Source: a virus (lineage: Duplodnaviria; Caudoviricetes). Taken from it: 49,395 nucleotides of DNA. Where the stretch lies: IMG/VR virus record IMGVR_UViG_3300033475_000038, positions 1 through 49,395 of that record; one strand, written 5' to 3'. The position numbers and the translations under genes are program-made. Below are positions 1-8,128 of the stretch, piece by piece; position 1 is the stretch's first letter, and each line of letters begins with the position of its first letter. The notes under the pieces are model-generated. The model saw only the letters and a program-made list of their open reading frames with translations. It did no database searches and was not told where the DNA came from.

Positions 1-127
1 GCGGATGATGCGACGTTGAGATCGGTCGTCGAGGCGGCGACGCTGCTGCTTCGCGATCTCGATCTCTCGATCCACGACGACGACTACATCTACCTGGCGA
101 ACCCCGAATGAAGGCACACCTGCGCTA
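1..127. repeat. 127-bp terminal direct repeat (copy 1), probable circular-assembly overlap
   Basis: Bases 1-127 (gcggatgatg...cacctgcgcta) are identical to 49269-49395, and ORFs read through the junction. Confidence 0.97.
16..111 (+). CDS. Small acidic hypothetical protein (31 aa, TTG start; also at 49284-49379)
   Basis: Reads (M)RSVVEAATLLLRDLDLSIHDDDYIYLANPE. It overlaps the upstream stop (TTGA) and the downstream start (ATGA), which suggests translational coupling. Confidence 0.45.
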   Translation: MRSVVEAATLLLRDLDLSIHDDDYIYLANPE

Positions 128-725
128 CCTCCGCTACGTGCTGCTGCACAAGCTGTACGTGTTCCGCGCCGGGATCATCATCAACGGCTGGAGCCCGTTG
201 TGGGTTTGGCGTCTGCTCATTCACGATCTCTCGAAGTTCCTCCCGAGCGAGTGGTCGCCGTACGTCGCGAAGTTCTACCGGCCGATGCCGACCGATCCGG
301 TGCTCGCGAACGCCGACCTGCGCGCGTTCAACGCCGCCTGGCTCAAGCATCAGCACCGCAACTCGCACCACTGGCAGCATTGGGTGCTGCGCGAGGATAC
401 GGGCGCGACGCTCATCCTCATCCCGCCGGTCGCCGACGTGGACGAGATGGTCGCCGACTGGATCGGCGCGGGCACGAAGATCCTGTCGTGGCCGACGATG
501 GCGTGCTGCATCGCGGAGACGGTCGGCTGGTACTGCGCGAACCTGCCGAAGATCCAGATGCGCGACGCGACGAAGCAGCGCGTCGAGCAGATCCTCGTCG
601 CGCTCTGCCGAGGGTACGGGCTCACCGAAGCGGCGCTGCGCCTCCATGATGAAACGCTCATGCGGCAGCGGATCACGATCGCCGCGCCGCAGCACGGAGG
701 GCTCGCTCGCATCGAGCAACGCTGA
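108..725 (+). CDS. HD-superfamily protein, DUF5662-like
   Basis: Motifs HK..V, IHDLSKF, HQHRNSHHWQHW and EMVADW are typical of this phage HD-fold family. Confidence 0.8.
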   Translation: MKAHLRYLRYVLLHKLYVFRAGIIINGWSPLWVWRLLIHDLSKFLPSEWSPYVAKFYRPMPTDPVLANADLRAFNAAWLKHQHRNSHHWQHWVLREDTGATLILIPPVADVDEMVADWIGAGTKILSWPTMACCIAETVGWYCANLPKIQMRDATKQRVEQILVALCRGYGLTEAALRLHDETLMRQRITIAAPQHGGLARIEQR

Positions 726-799
726 TGCTCTGGTTCACGATCATCACGCTCGGGATACCCGCCGTCGTGATGTGGCTCTGTCGCCGCCCGCGTGGCTAA
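725..799 (+). CDS. Tiny membrane peptide (24 aa)
   Basis: TGATG coupling; MLWFTIITLGIPAVVMWLCRRPRG has one hydrophobic helix and a basic tail. Confidence 0.4.
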   Translation: MLWFTIITLGIPAVVMWLCRRPRG

Positions 800-1145
800 G
801 CACCGCCCGCCACACACTCCCGAGGAGATCCGAGAACGACTCACGGGTCTCCTCCGCCACTCTCCCGACCTGCTCGATGCCGCCAACAACTTCCTCCCCC
901 TCATCGCCGTCGTTCGAGATGACGGCCGAACGGCTCGCCTACGCGATGGCAAGCCGTGTGTTACGCGAACGCCAGCGGCTCGCTCGGCGGCTGCGCGTGC
1001 TCTTGGACGATTCCGGGGAAAACCTCGTAAGCGATCTGGAGCTGCTGGTCGCGGAGCTGTTCCGCAGCCCCTCGCCGACAGCGCCGGTCGAGCGCGCTTC
1101 GCCGCCGCCCGAGAGCGCCGCGCCGCTGTTCGTGGCGACGGATGA
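792..1145 (+). CDS. Hypothetical protein (only the N-terminal half looks like real protein)
   Basis: GTG overlaps the previous stop. MAKHRPPHTPEEIRERLTGLL... is helical and natural-looking, then drifts into R/A-rich shadow-frame sequence. Confidence 0.35.
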   Translation: MAKHRPPHTPEEIRERLTGLLRHSPDLLDAANNFLPLIAVVRDDGRTARLRDGKPCVTRTPAARSAAARALGRFRGKPRKRSGAAGRGAVPQPLADSAGRARFAAARERRAAVRGDG

Positions 1146-1248
1146 CGGGTTGCCCGAGGTGCATCACATGGACGACATGGTCGAAGGCATGGCGCTCGTG
1201 CAGGGCGGGATGCACCGCCGAGGACTCACGGGCCGCCTGCATCGGTGA
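919..1248 (+). CDS. Hypothetical protein (109 aa)
   Basis: MTAERLAYAMASRVLRERQRLARRLRVLLDD... has natural composition, and its stop lies 1 nt before the TerL GTG. Confidence 0.5.
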   Translation: MTAERLAYAMASRVLRERQRLARRLRVLLDDSGENLVSDLELLVAELFRSPSPTAPVERASPPPESAAPLFVATDDGLPEVHHMDDMVEGMALVQGGMHRRGLTGRLHR

Positions 1249-1249
1249 C

Positions 1250-2794
1250 GTGCTCGCGTTCTTCCTGGGGCTCCTGATGGTCGCCTTCGATCCGGCGGCG
1301 GTGCGCGTCCTCTGGGCTCCATTCCCAGGGATGCAGACCGAGTTCGTCAACGCCGCCGAGTTCGAGGTGTTCGGCGGCGGAGCCAAGGGGCCGGGCAAGT
1401 CCGACTGTCTCGTCGCGCAGGCGGTGCGCCAGGTGCATCGGCCGCGCTACAACGGCTACCTCATCCGCGAGACCGGCCCGCAGCTCGACGAGCTGAAGCA
1501 GCGCACGCACCGGCTGTACCCGCTCATGCCCGAGAAGCCCGCGTGGAACGGCGACGGTCACGGGCGCTGGACGTTCCCGAGCGGCGCTCGCGTGATGTTC
1601 GAGTCGATCGCGACCCCCGAGGACGTGGCGAAGATCCAGGGCAAGGAGCCGACGTTCATCGGCCACGACGAGGCGGGCAACGTCAAGGACGAGAAAACGA
1701 TCGACTTGGAGCAGGCCGAGCTGCGCTCGCCCGACCCCGAGCTGGTCGTGATGTGGCGCGGCACCGGCAACCCTGGGAAGGCCGGGCACGCCTGGGTGAA
1801 GCGCCGCTTCATCACGCCGTGCGGCGAGGACGGCCGCCGGATCGTGCTCCGCAAGGTGAAGCTGCCGAACGGGTTGGTCGGCGTGCTCAGCCGCCGGTTC
1901 ATCCCCGGCACGGTGCTCGACAACCCGATCTACGCGAACGATCCGCTGTACATGGCGCAGCTATTCACGCTGCCCGAGCTGCTGCGCCGTCAGCTCCTCT
2001 ACGGCGACTGGAACGCGGGTGTCGGCACCGCGCTCGACGAGCTGAACGCCGCCGTCCACATGGTGCGGCCGTTCCGCGTGCCCGAGGGCTGGCCGCGCTT
2101 CGGCTCGTTCGATTGGGGCTACGCGCACTGGTGGGTGCTCTGCCACTTCGCCGCCGCCGAGGACGGGCAGCTCTACGTCGTCGATACCGTGCGCGGCCGT
2201 CGTCACAAGCCGTATCAGATCGCCGAGCGGATCAAGTCGCGTGTGCCCGAGCTGCAACAGCTCCAGTACATCGACACCGACACCTACGCGATGCAGGAGC
2301 GGCGCGATCGGAACGACAACACGCCGAGCATCCAGGAGGAGCTGATGACCGAGCATCAGATCTTCCTGCGCCTCGGCAACCTCGATCGGAAGAAGGGGCT
2401 CAACAACCTGCGCCACTATCTCGCCTGGCGCGGCATCGGCCCCGAGGGACGCGACGCGCTGCCCGCGCTCCGGTTCTTCGACACGCCCGGCAACCGCTGG
2501 CTGTTCGAGCAGTGCGAGGCGATGGTCACCGACGAGAGCGATCCCGAGGACGTGCTCAAGGTGAACGCCGACCCGGAGACGGGCGTCGGCGGCGACGACG
2601 GCTACGACGCGCTGCGCGTGGGCGTCGCCTCCCGGCCGCCGCGCGCGATCGGCTCGTACTACGCAGGCGACGTGCGCGCCTTCTCGAAGCAGACGCTCAA
2701 CTTCATGGTCGAGACGCTGTACCGCGACCGGCCGGGCCTGACCTCGCACATGGGGCAGGGCAGCAACCTTTCCACTTTTCTCACAGGAGTGTGA
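1250..2794 (+). CDS. terL: Terminase large subunit
   Basis: Walker A GGAKGPGKS, Walker B FIGHDEAG, coupling motif GTGNPG, RNase-H-like nuclease FDWG ... DDGYDALR. The start is uncertain (GTG 1250 or ATG 1277). Confidence 0.95.
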   Translation: MLAFFLGLLMVAFDPAAVRVLWAPFPGMQTEFVNAAEFEVFGGGAKGPGKSDCLVAQAVRQVHRPRYNGYLIRETGPQLDELKQRTHRLYPLMPEKPAWNGDGHGRWTFPSGARVMFESIATPEDVAKIQGKEPTFIGHDEAGNVKDEKTIDLEQAELRSPDPELVVMWRGTGNPGKAGHAWVKRRFITPCGEDGRRIVLRKVKLPNGLVGVLSRRFIPGTVLDNPIYANDPLYMAQLFTLPELLRRQLLYGDWNAGVGTALDELNAAVHMVRPFRVPEGWPRFGSFDWGYAHWWVLCHFAAAEDGQLYVVDTVRGRRHKPYQIAERIKSRVPELQQLQYIDTDTYAMQERRDRNDNTPSIQEELMTEHQIFLRLGNLDRKKGLNNLRHYLAWRGIGPEGRDALPALRFFDTPGNRWLFEQCEAMVTDESDPEDVLKVNADPETGVGGDDGYDALRVGVASRPPRAIGSYYAGDVRAFSKQTLNFMVETLYRDRPGLTSHMGQGSNLSTFLTGV

Positions 2795-2796
2795 GT

Positions 2797-3360
2797 ATGA
2801 CCGATCGAGAGATCGACGAGATCGTCGCCGCGCGCGCTGGGGTCGGCGTGCAGCGCATCACGCAGGAGGACGGCCCGCGCATCGCCGCCGAGGGCCGTCG
2901 AGCGGTGAAGCGCGCGAACCCCGTGTTCCTCGTCGAGCTGAAGGACGACGCCGTCGTCGAGACCGTGGACGGCACGCTCAACGGCGAGGCGGGCGGCTTC
3001 ATCGCGCACGACCCGATCTCCGGGCATGTGTGGCCGGTGAAGCGTAGCTACGTCGAGCAGCACTACGACTTCAAGCAGCCGGGCGATCCACCGAGCACCG
3101 TCACGAGCGACACGGCTCGCGAGCTGTACAAGGACGTGAACGCGATCCGACGCGCGCTGAAGGACATCGGCCGCGATCTCGACCAGATGCGCCGCGACCC
3201 GATGCTGCGCCAAGCGACGCTGTTCGACCAGGACGTGGGCGCGAACATCACGATCGCGTTCAGAGATCTCGAAAGCGCGTCGATGCGGCTGGGCAAGGCG
3301 CTCCAGGCAATCGACGGCGGTGTCAGCGTCTACGACAAGGAGACCACGGTCGGCGCATGA
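2797..3360 (+). CDS. Two-domain protein: PGDYG-like beta domain plus Acb2/Tad1-like helical hairpin (putative anti-defence sponge)
   Basis: AGGAG RBS at 2785. N-terminal VETVDGTLNGEAGGFIAHDPISGHVWPV..YVEQHY; C-terminal ANITIAFRDLESASMRLGKALQAIDGGVSVYDK. Confidence 0.55.
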   Translation: MTDREIDEIVAARAGVGVQRITQEDGPRIAAEGRRAVKRANPVFLVELKDDAVVETVDGTLNGEAGGFIAHDPISGHVWPVKRSYVEQHYDFKQPGDPPSTVTSDTARELYKDVNAIRRALKDIGRDLDQMRRDPMLRQATLFDQDVGANITIAFRDLESASMRLGKALQAIDGGVSVYDKETTVGA

Positions 3361-3620
3361 AGCAGCCAATGGATCGCCTCCCCCCGCGTCGCGCACTCGG
3401 CGACGCGCAGGGGCGCGAGGCGGAGAAGCTGAGCGAGTATTTCGACTTCGAGCGGTTCCCCGAGAAGGCGGATCGCAAGGTCACGCGGCGCGAGCTGCTG
3501 GCCTGGCTGATGCGCCAGAACGCCGTCCACGAGCAGCGACGCTGGTATCGGCGTCTCTGGGCCTGGCTCACGTCCAAGCGCGGCAGTGCCCCGCGCCCGA
3601 TCGGCGGCGGCGCATCGTGA
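3357..3620 (+). CDS. Hypothetical protein (87 aa)
   Basis: ATGA coupling; amphipathic W/R-rich C-terminal helix (RRWYRRLWAWL). Confidence 0.65.
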   Translation: MKQPMDRLPPRRALGDAQGREAEKLSEYFDFERFPEKADRKVTRRELLAWLMRQNAVHEQRRWYRRLWAWLTSKRGSAPRPIGGGAS

Positions 3621-4006
3621 TCGTCACCCTCGGCTATCACGAGCGCCAGCTCGAACGCGAGCAGCAGCGGCACGATCGCGAGATCGAGCGGCTGCACGCG
3701 ATGTACGCCAAGATCATCGAGTCGCAGGCGTCGGCGATCGAGAAGGTGTTCAACCTGGCGAACTTCGGCACGGCGTCACGGCCGGAGGCGACGAGCGCCG
3801 AGGGCGACACGACCGCGCCGCAGCGGCTCGCGCGGGTGATCGACGAGGACACGGTCAACCGCGCCGTCGATGCGCTGCGCGCGCAGTACAAGGACATCGG
3901 CATCGAGCTGCCCGACTCCGAGCTGGAGGCCGAGGCGCGCTCGCTCGTCATGGGCACCGGCTTCGTGCCGGGCGAGACGTTGCGCGAACGCCTGGCGGTC
4001 GGCTGA
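3617..4006 (+). CDS. Hypothetical coiled-coil protein (129 aa)
   Basis: GTGA coupling; ERQLEREQQRHDREIERLH coiled-coil pattern. Confidence 0.65.
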   Translation: MIVTLGYHERQLEREQQRHDREIERLHAMYAKIIESQASAIEKVFNLANFGTASRPEATSAEGDTTAPQRLARVIDEDTVNRAVDALRAQYKDIGIELPDSELEAEARSLVMGTGFVPGETLRERLAVG

Positions 4007-4314
4007 TGGAGCGCGTCGCGCTGCTCGCGCCGTTCTCGACGATGCAGGAGATCGTCGTCGATCTGCTCGGCGTCGGGCTCACGTACACCGAGCTGGCGGT
4101 CCACCTCAAGATCTCCGAGGAGGTGGTGCGCGAGCACGCGAAGCGCGCGGCCCGGAAGATCCCGAGCGACCTGCCGACGCAGATGCGCTGCATCGTCTGG
4201 GCGCGCGGCGCGACGCTCGACGTGCTCCAGGGGCTCACGCTCCGCTACGAGGTGCAGACACGGTCGCCGTCAGCGCGCACACGACCCCCGGTATCAACCG
4301 CTGCGACGGCCTGA
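4006..4314 (+). CDS. LuxR/GerE-type C-terminal HTH transcription regulator
   Basis: TGATG coupling; FSTMQEIVVDLLGVGLTYTELAVHLKISEEVVREHAKRAARKI matches the LS.RE.EV..L...G.S..EIA..L.IS..TV..H....KL pattern. Confidence 0.8.
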   Translation: MERVALLAPFSTMQEIVVDLLGVGLTYTELAVHLKISEEVVREHAKRAARKIPSDLPTQMRCIVWARGATLDVLQGLTLRYEVQTRSPSARTRPPVSTAATA

Positions 4315-4326
4315 AAGCTCAACCCC

Positions 4327-4372
4327 CCCCCGGTGTGGGGGCATTTCCCGCACCAGCCCGGTCTCGTAAGTT
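4327..4372 (+). promoter_or_regulatory. Putative activator-dependent late promoter with upstream CCCCCGG-N3-GGGGG box
   Basis: -10-like TAAGTT at 4367-4372, weak -35 TTTCCC at 4344-4349, and dyad box at 4327-4341, in the only gap before the portal gene. Confidence 0.4.
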
Positions 4373-4409
4373 GCCGGGCGGCCGTCACTTCCCCCTTCAC
4401 TCTCGCTGA

Positions 4410-6791
4410 ATGACTGCTCCTCTCGTCATCACATCGAGCAAGACGATGGAAGCGGCCCCGCAGAACGGGCCGAAGTCCATCATCCCGCTCCGCCAGGGCA
4501 ACACGGCCGACAGCCAAGACGGCGCGCGGCTCCAGATGGTCAAGGCGGGCTGGGGCTTCTACGACGACCTCGTCCGTCAGCAGAACCGGCAGATCGAGGA
4601 AAACATCCGGATGATCGCCGGGCAGCAGCACGCGATCTTCCACCCCGTGCTCGGCCGCTGGCTCGACCCGAGCGAATGGATGTCGGCCGAGGAGCGCCAA
4701 TACCGCGCGCGGCCCGTGTTCAACAAGCTGCTGCCGTGGTTCATCCTGACCCACGCGCGCGCGACCGAGAACATGCCGATCGTCGCGTTCGTGCCCGGCC
4801 CCGATCGCGCTGACGCCGAGCTGGCGGAAGTGCTCGACATCGCGATCAAGACGGTCTGGTTCGAGGCGAACATGGAGGACATCCACGACCGGCTCATGGG
4901 CTGGGTGATCGCCGCCGGGCGTGGGCACCTGATCTCGCGCATCAACCCGCACGGCGGGAAGGTGCAGACGTTCCAGGGCCAGGGCATGGTGCCGGTCGTC
5001 GATGTGAACGACCAGCCGGTCGATGACGGCGACGGCGGCCAAGCGATGCAGCCGTACGACGACGGCGTGCGCTACGACAAGCAGGGCCAGATGCTCACGA
5101 AGGCGCGGCTCGTCGCGCCAGGGCAGACCGAGCTGGTCCACTCGGGCAACGCCTACCAGCAGCGCACCGGGTGCATCGAGTCGGACGTGTACTCGCCGAT
5201 GCAGTGCCGCGCCGATTGGGGGCCGCAGCCGTGGTACATGAAGCGCCGCCACTGGCTGCGCTCGTATCACACGCCCGAGCAGGTGTACGAGATGTTCGGC
5301 GTCGAGGTGCAGCCCGACGTGCGCGGCGGCCAGGCGACCGATGTCGGCGAGATCGAGCGGCTGCTCTACGGCACCGGCTTCTACGGCGCGACGTGGGGCC
5401 TGCCCGAGTCGCAGACGACCGCGACCAACACGGACGGCTACGTCGAGCTGACGCAGCTCTGGGAAGCGCCGTGCAGCTACGCGGGCATGGAGCAGACCGA
5501 GGACTCGCCGGGCGGGCGCTGGTGCGTGGTCTCGCGCTCGCAGGTGATCCGCGACGGCGTGCGCCCGGCCGCGTTCCCGTACACGAGCCCGCTCAACACG
5601 TTCGAGTTCATCCGCATCCCCGGTCGCCCCGGCGGCACGACGCCGCAGGAGGCGCTGAACCCGGTGCAGCGGCAGATCAACGATCGGAACGGCCGCATCA
5701 ACGACCACGTCAACCTCTCGACGAATCCGATCGGTATCATCGACCAGGCGGCGAACCTCGGGCTCCGGAAGTTCTCGAACCGGCCGGGCCAGAACTACGT
5801 GCTCACGCGCCGCCCCGGCGTCGCGCCGATCGAGTACGTCGCGCCGCCCGCGCTCGGCGAGGACGTGTACAAGTCGTACGAGATGTTGCAGGGCGAGTTC
5901 AACTCGATTGGGTTCACCAGCGGAGCCGAGGAGCAGTCGAACCCCGGCGACTCGGGCGAGAAGGTGCGCGAGGTCCGCTTCAACACCGATCGGTTCCTCG
6001 GCCCGACGATGCGCCGCGTCGCCGGAGAGTACGGCCGCCTCTACCAGAACTGGCGCGTGCTCATGCCGCTCATCTGGGATCTCGAAACCACGATCTCATA
6101 TGCGGGCGACGACAACATCGCGCGGACGATCACGGTCTACCCGGAGATGTTCAAGACGGGCGACGTGAACGTGCGGCCGGACGTGGAGTCGATGCAGCCC
6201 GAGGGCCTGGCGGAGAAGCAGGACAAAGTCGTGTGGGCGTACTCGAACGGACTGTTCGGGCTCCCCGGCTCGCCGCAGGCGATGATGAAGTTCTGGGAGT
6301 TGGCGCGGATGCCGCACCTCTCGCGGCTCGCGAAGCCTGGCGGCGTCGATTACACGACGGCCGAGCAGGAGAACGGCCAGCTCCTCCAGGGCCAGCAGGC
6401 GGCGCTCATCCCCGTGTACGAATGGTACGATCACCAGATGCACCTGATCGTCCATGAGAAGTTTATGAAGTCGCCCGAGTTCCTGAAGCTCGACGACAAC
6501 ACGAAGAACCAGTTCGTTCTGCATCGGCAGGCGCACCAGTTCGCCGCGCAAGCCGCCGTCGCGAAGGCCGCGATGCAGCAGGCCGGACTCCAGAATGCCG
6601 TCGCTGGCGCACTCGGCGCAGGCGGCGGTCCACCGGGACAACCGGGGCAGGGCGCACCGTCCGGGCCAGGTAACGGCGATGCGTCGGGCAACGTTCGTCC
6701 CTCCCCCCCGACGCCTCCGAAAGCGGGCGTGCCCGGCGGGACCATGCCCACCGCTGCCGGGGCTCCGACCGGCGGCCCACCCCCGTCCTAG
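4410..6791 (+). CDS. Portal protein (P22-like)
   Basis: 793 aa, follows TerL; motifs PVFNKLLP, PLNTFEF..PGR..G, ALNPVQRQIN; low-complexity Q/P/G tail. Confidence 0.85.
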   Translation: MTAPLVITSSKTMEAAPQNGPKSIIPLRQGNTADSQDGARLQMVKAGWGFYDDLVRQQNRQIEENIRMIAGQQHAIFHPVLGRWLDPSEWMSAEERQYRARPVFNKLLPWFILTHARATENMPIVAFVPGPDRADAELAEVLDIAIKTVWFEANMEDIHDRLMGWVIAAGRGHLISRINPHGGKVQTFQGQGMVPVVDVNDQPVDDGDGGQAMQPYDDGVRYDKQGQMLTKARLVAPGQTELVHSGNAYQQRTGCIESDVYSPMQCRADWGPQPWYMKRRHWLRSYHTPEQVYEMFGVEVQPDVRGGQATDVGEIERLLYGTGFYGATWGLPESQTTATNTDGYVELTQLWEAPCSYAGMEQTEDSPGGRWCVVSRSQVIRDGVRPAAFPYTSPLNTFEFIRIPGRPGGTTPQEALNPVQRQINDRNGRINDHVNLSTNPIGIIDQAANLGLRKFSNRPGQNYVLTRRPGVAPIEYVAPPALGEDVYKSYEMLQGEFNSIGFTSGAEEQSNPGDSGEKVREVRFNTDRFLGPTMRRVAGEYGRLYQNWRVLMPLIWDLETTISYAGDDNIARTITVYPEMFKTGDVNVRPDVESMQPEGLAEKQDKVVWAYSNGLFGLPGSPQAMMKFWELARMPHLSRLAKPGGVDYTTAEQENGQLLQGQQAALIPVYEWYDHQMHLIVHEKFMKSPEFLKLDDNTKNQFVLHRQAHQFAAQAAVAKAAMQQAGLQNAVAGALGAGGGPPGQPGQGAPSGPGNGDASGNVRPSPPTPPKAGVPGGTMPTAAGAPTGGPPPS

Positions 6792-6793
6792 AC

Positions 6794-8119
6794 ATGGCGA
6801 CGACTCTGACTCCCGATCCGGGCTCCAGCGCCCAGATCATCGTTCAACCAGGCAACTCCGTCGCGCCCGATAAGTCGGCCGTCGAGATCGCCTCCGATGC
6901 CGCGCGCGCTCGCGTCGCTGCCGGTCAGCCGCTCGTGCCTGGTGCCGCTCCGGCCGCACCTGTCGTGCCCGCTGCCGGTCAGCCGCCGCGCGTGCCCGCT
7001 GGCGTTCCCGAGGGCGGCCAGTTCGCGAAGCCAGGCGAGCAGGCCGCGCCGCCCGCCGGGCAAGCCCCTGCGGCCGGTGAAGCGCCGAAACCAGGGGAAG
7101 AACCCGCTCCGGGTGCGGAAGCGGCTCCTGAAGGCGCTGGTGAAGCCGAGGCCGATCCGCTGCGCGTCGAGCTGCCGTTCACGCCCGAGGGCGCGGAGAG
7201 CCCGCTCGCGATCGTCGCCGACTCGCCTGAGACGGCCGCCGCGCTCGCGCAGCTCAGCGAGGACGCCGTCGCCGGTCGCGAAGCGCGCGAGCTGGTGGAC
7301 TCGGCGCACGCCCAGCTCCAGCGCATGGACGAGATCCGCGAGTACGCCGAGGTGGACCCGATCGGCGCGTTCCTCGATCTCACGAACCGCGACAAGGAAA
7401 CGGCGAAGCAGATGACGCTGTTCTTCCTGTCGCAGCCGTCGCTGTTCAACGAGCTGAAGCCGCAGCTCGAAAAGCTGATCTCCGATCCGAACGAGATCCG
7501 CGCTCTCGCTGGCGACGTTGCCACGTCGCGCTCGAACCTCGAACGCGAGGCGCAGAGCCGGATCACGCAGGGCCGCGAGGTGAAGTCGAACCTCGCGGAC
7601 ATTCAGACCGCCGTCGTCTCGATGCTACCCGCCGAGATGTCGGAGGCCGCTCGCAAGGTGGCGTTCACGGACATGCTCCGTGATCTCCAGATCTACGCCG
7701 ACAGCAACAACCTCATGACGCTGCCGGTGCATCAAGTGCCGAAACTGCTGGAGAACCGACTGCTCGCTCTCGGGATCGACCCCGAAGTAGCGGCGTCGGC
7801 AGCAGCCGTAGCCCTCGCGCGACGGGGAGGATCGACCATGACCGGGCGGCCAGCGATGGCGGCACGGCGTGCGCCCGCCGCTCCCGCGAGACCCGCTGCG
7901 CCCCCGGCACCTGCGCGCCCCAAGCCGAACGGAGCCGCTTTCGCGAAAGCTGCGACCGTGCGTGCCGCTGGCGCTTCGATCCCCGCTGGCGGGGCCGGTT
8001 CCCCCGGCGCTGCCGCTCCACTCACTGCACCGACCAACGCGGACGGCACGAAGATGACGACCGCGCAGGCCGTGCAATGGCATCGCGATCGGTTGAAGCG
8101 CGGTGTCAAAACGTATTAG
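6794..8119 (+). CDS. Probable capsid scaffolding protein
   Basis: Lies between portal and capsid; P/A/E-rich disordered N-terminus, helical core and basic C-terminus. Confidence 0.7.
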   Translation: MATTLTPDPGSSAQIIVQPGNSVAPDKSAVEIASDAARARVAAGQPLVPGAAPAAPVVPAAGQPPRVPAGVPEGGQFAKPGEQAAPPAGQAPAAGEAPKPGEEPAPGAEAAPEGAGEAEADPLRVELPFTPEGAESPLAIVADSPETAAALAQLSEDAVAGREARELVDSAHAQLQRMDEIREYAEVDPIGAFLDLTNRDKETAKQMTLFFLSQPSLFNELKPQLEKLISDPNEIRALAGDVATSRSNLEREAQSRITQGREVKSNLADIQTAVVSMLPAEMSEAARKVAFTDMLRDLQIYADSNNLMTLPVHQVPKLLENRLLALGIDPEVAASAAAVALARRGGSTMTGRPAMAARRAPAAPARPAAPPAPARPKPNGAAFAKAATVRAAGASIPAGGAGSPGAAAPLTAPTNADGTKMTTAQAVQWHRDRLKRGVKTY

Positions 8120-8128
8120 GAGACTCGC

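Noticed and set aside
1-127. Biological terminal repeat of the virion DNA
   Set aside because: The length equals a common assembler k-mer (127) and the repeat cuts through genes, so it is more likely a circular-assembly overlap.
108-725. Z-genome (2-aminoadenine) pathway dATPase
   Set aside because: No PurZ homologue or phage DNA polymerase was recognised in the genome.
1543-2796. 5' extension of the 605-aa ORF overlapping TerL
   Set aside because: It is an Arg-rich shadow frame. The real gene starts at ATG 2797 with an AGGAG RBS.
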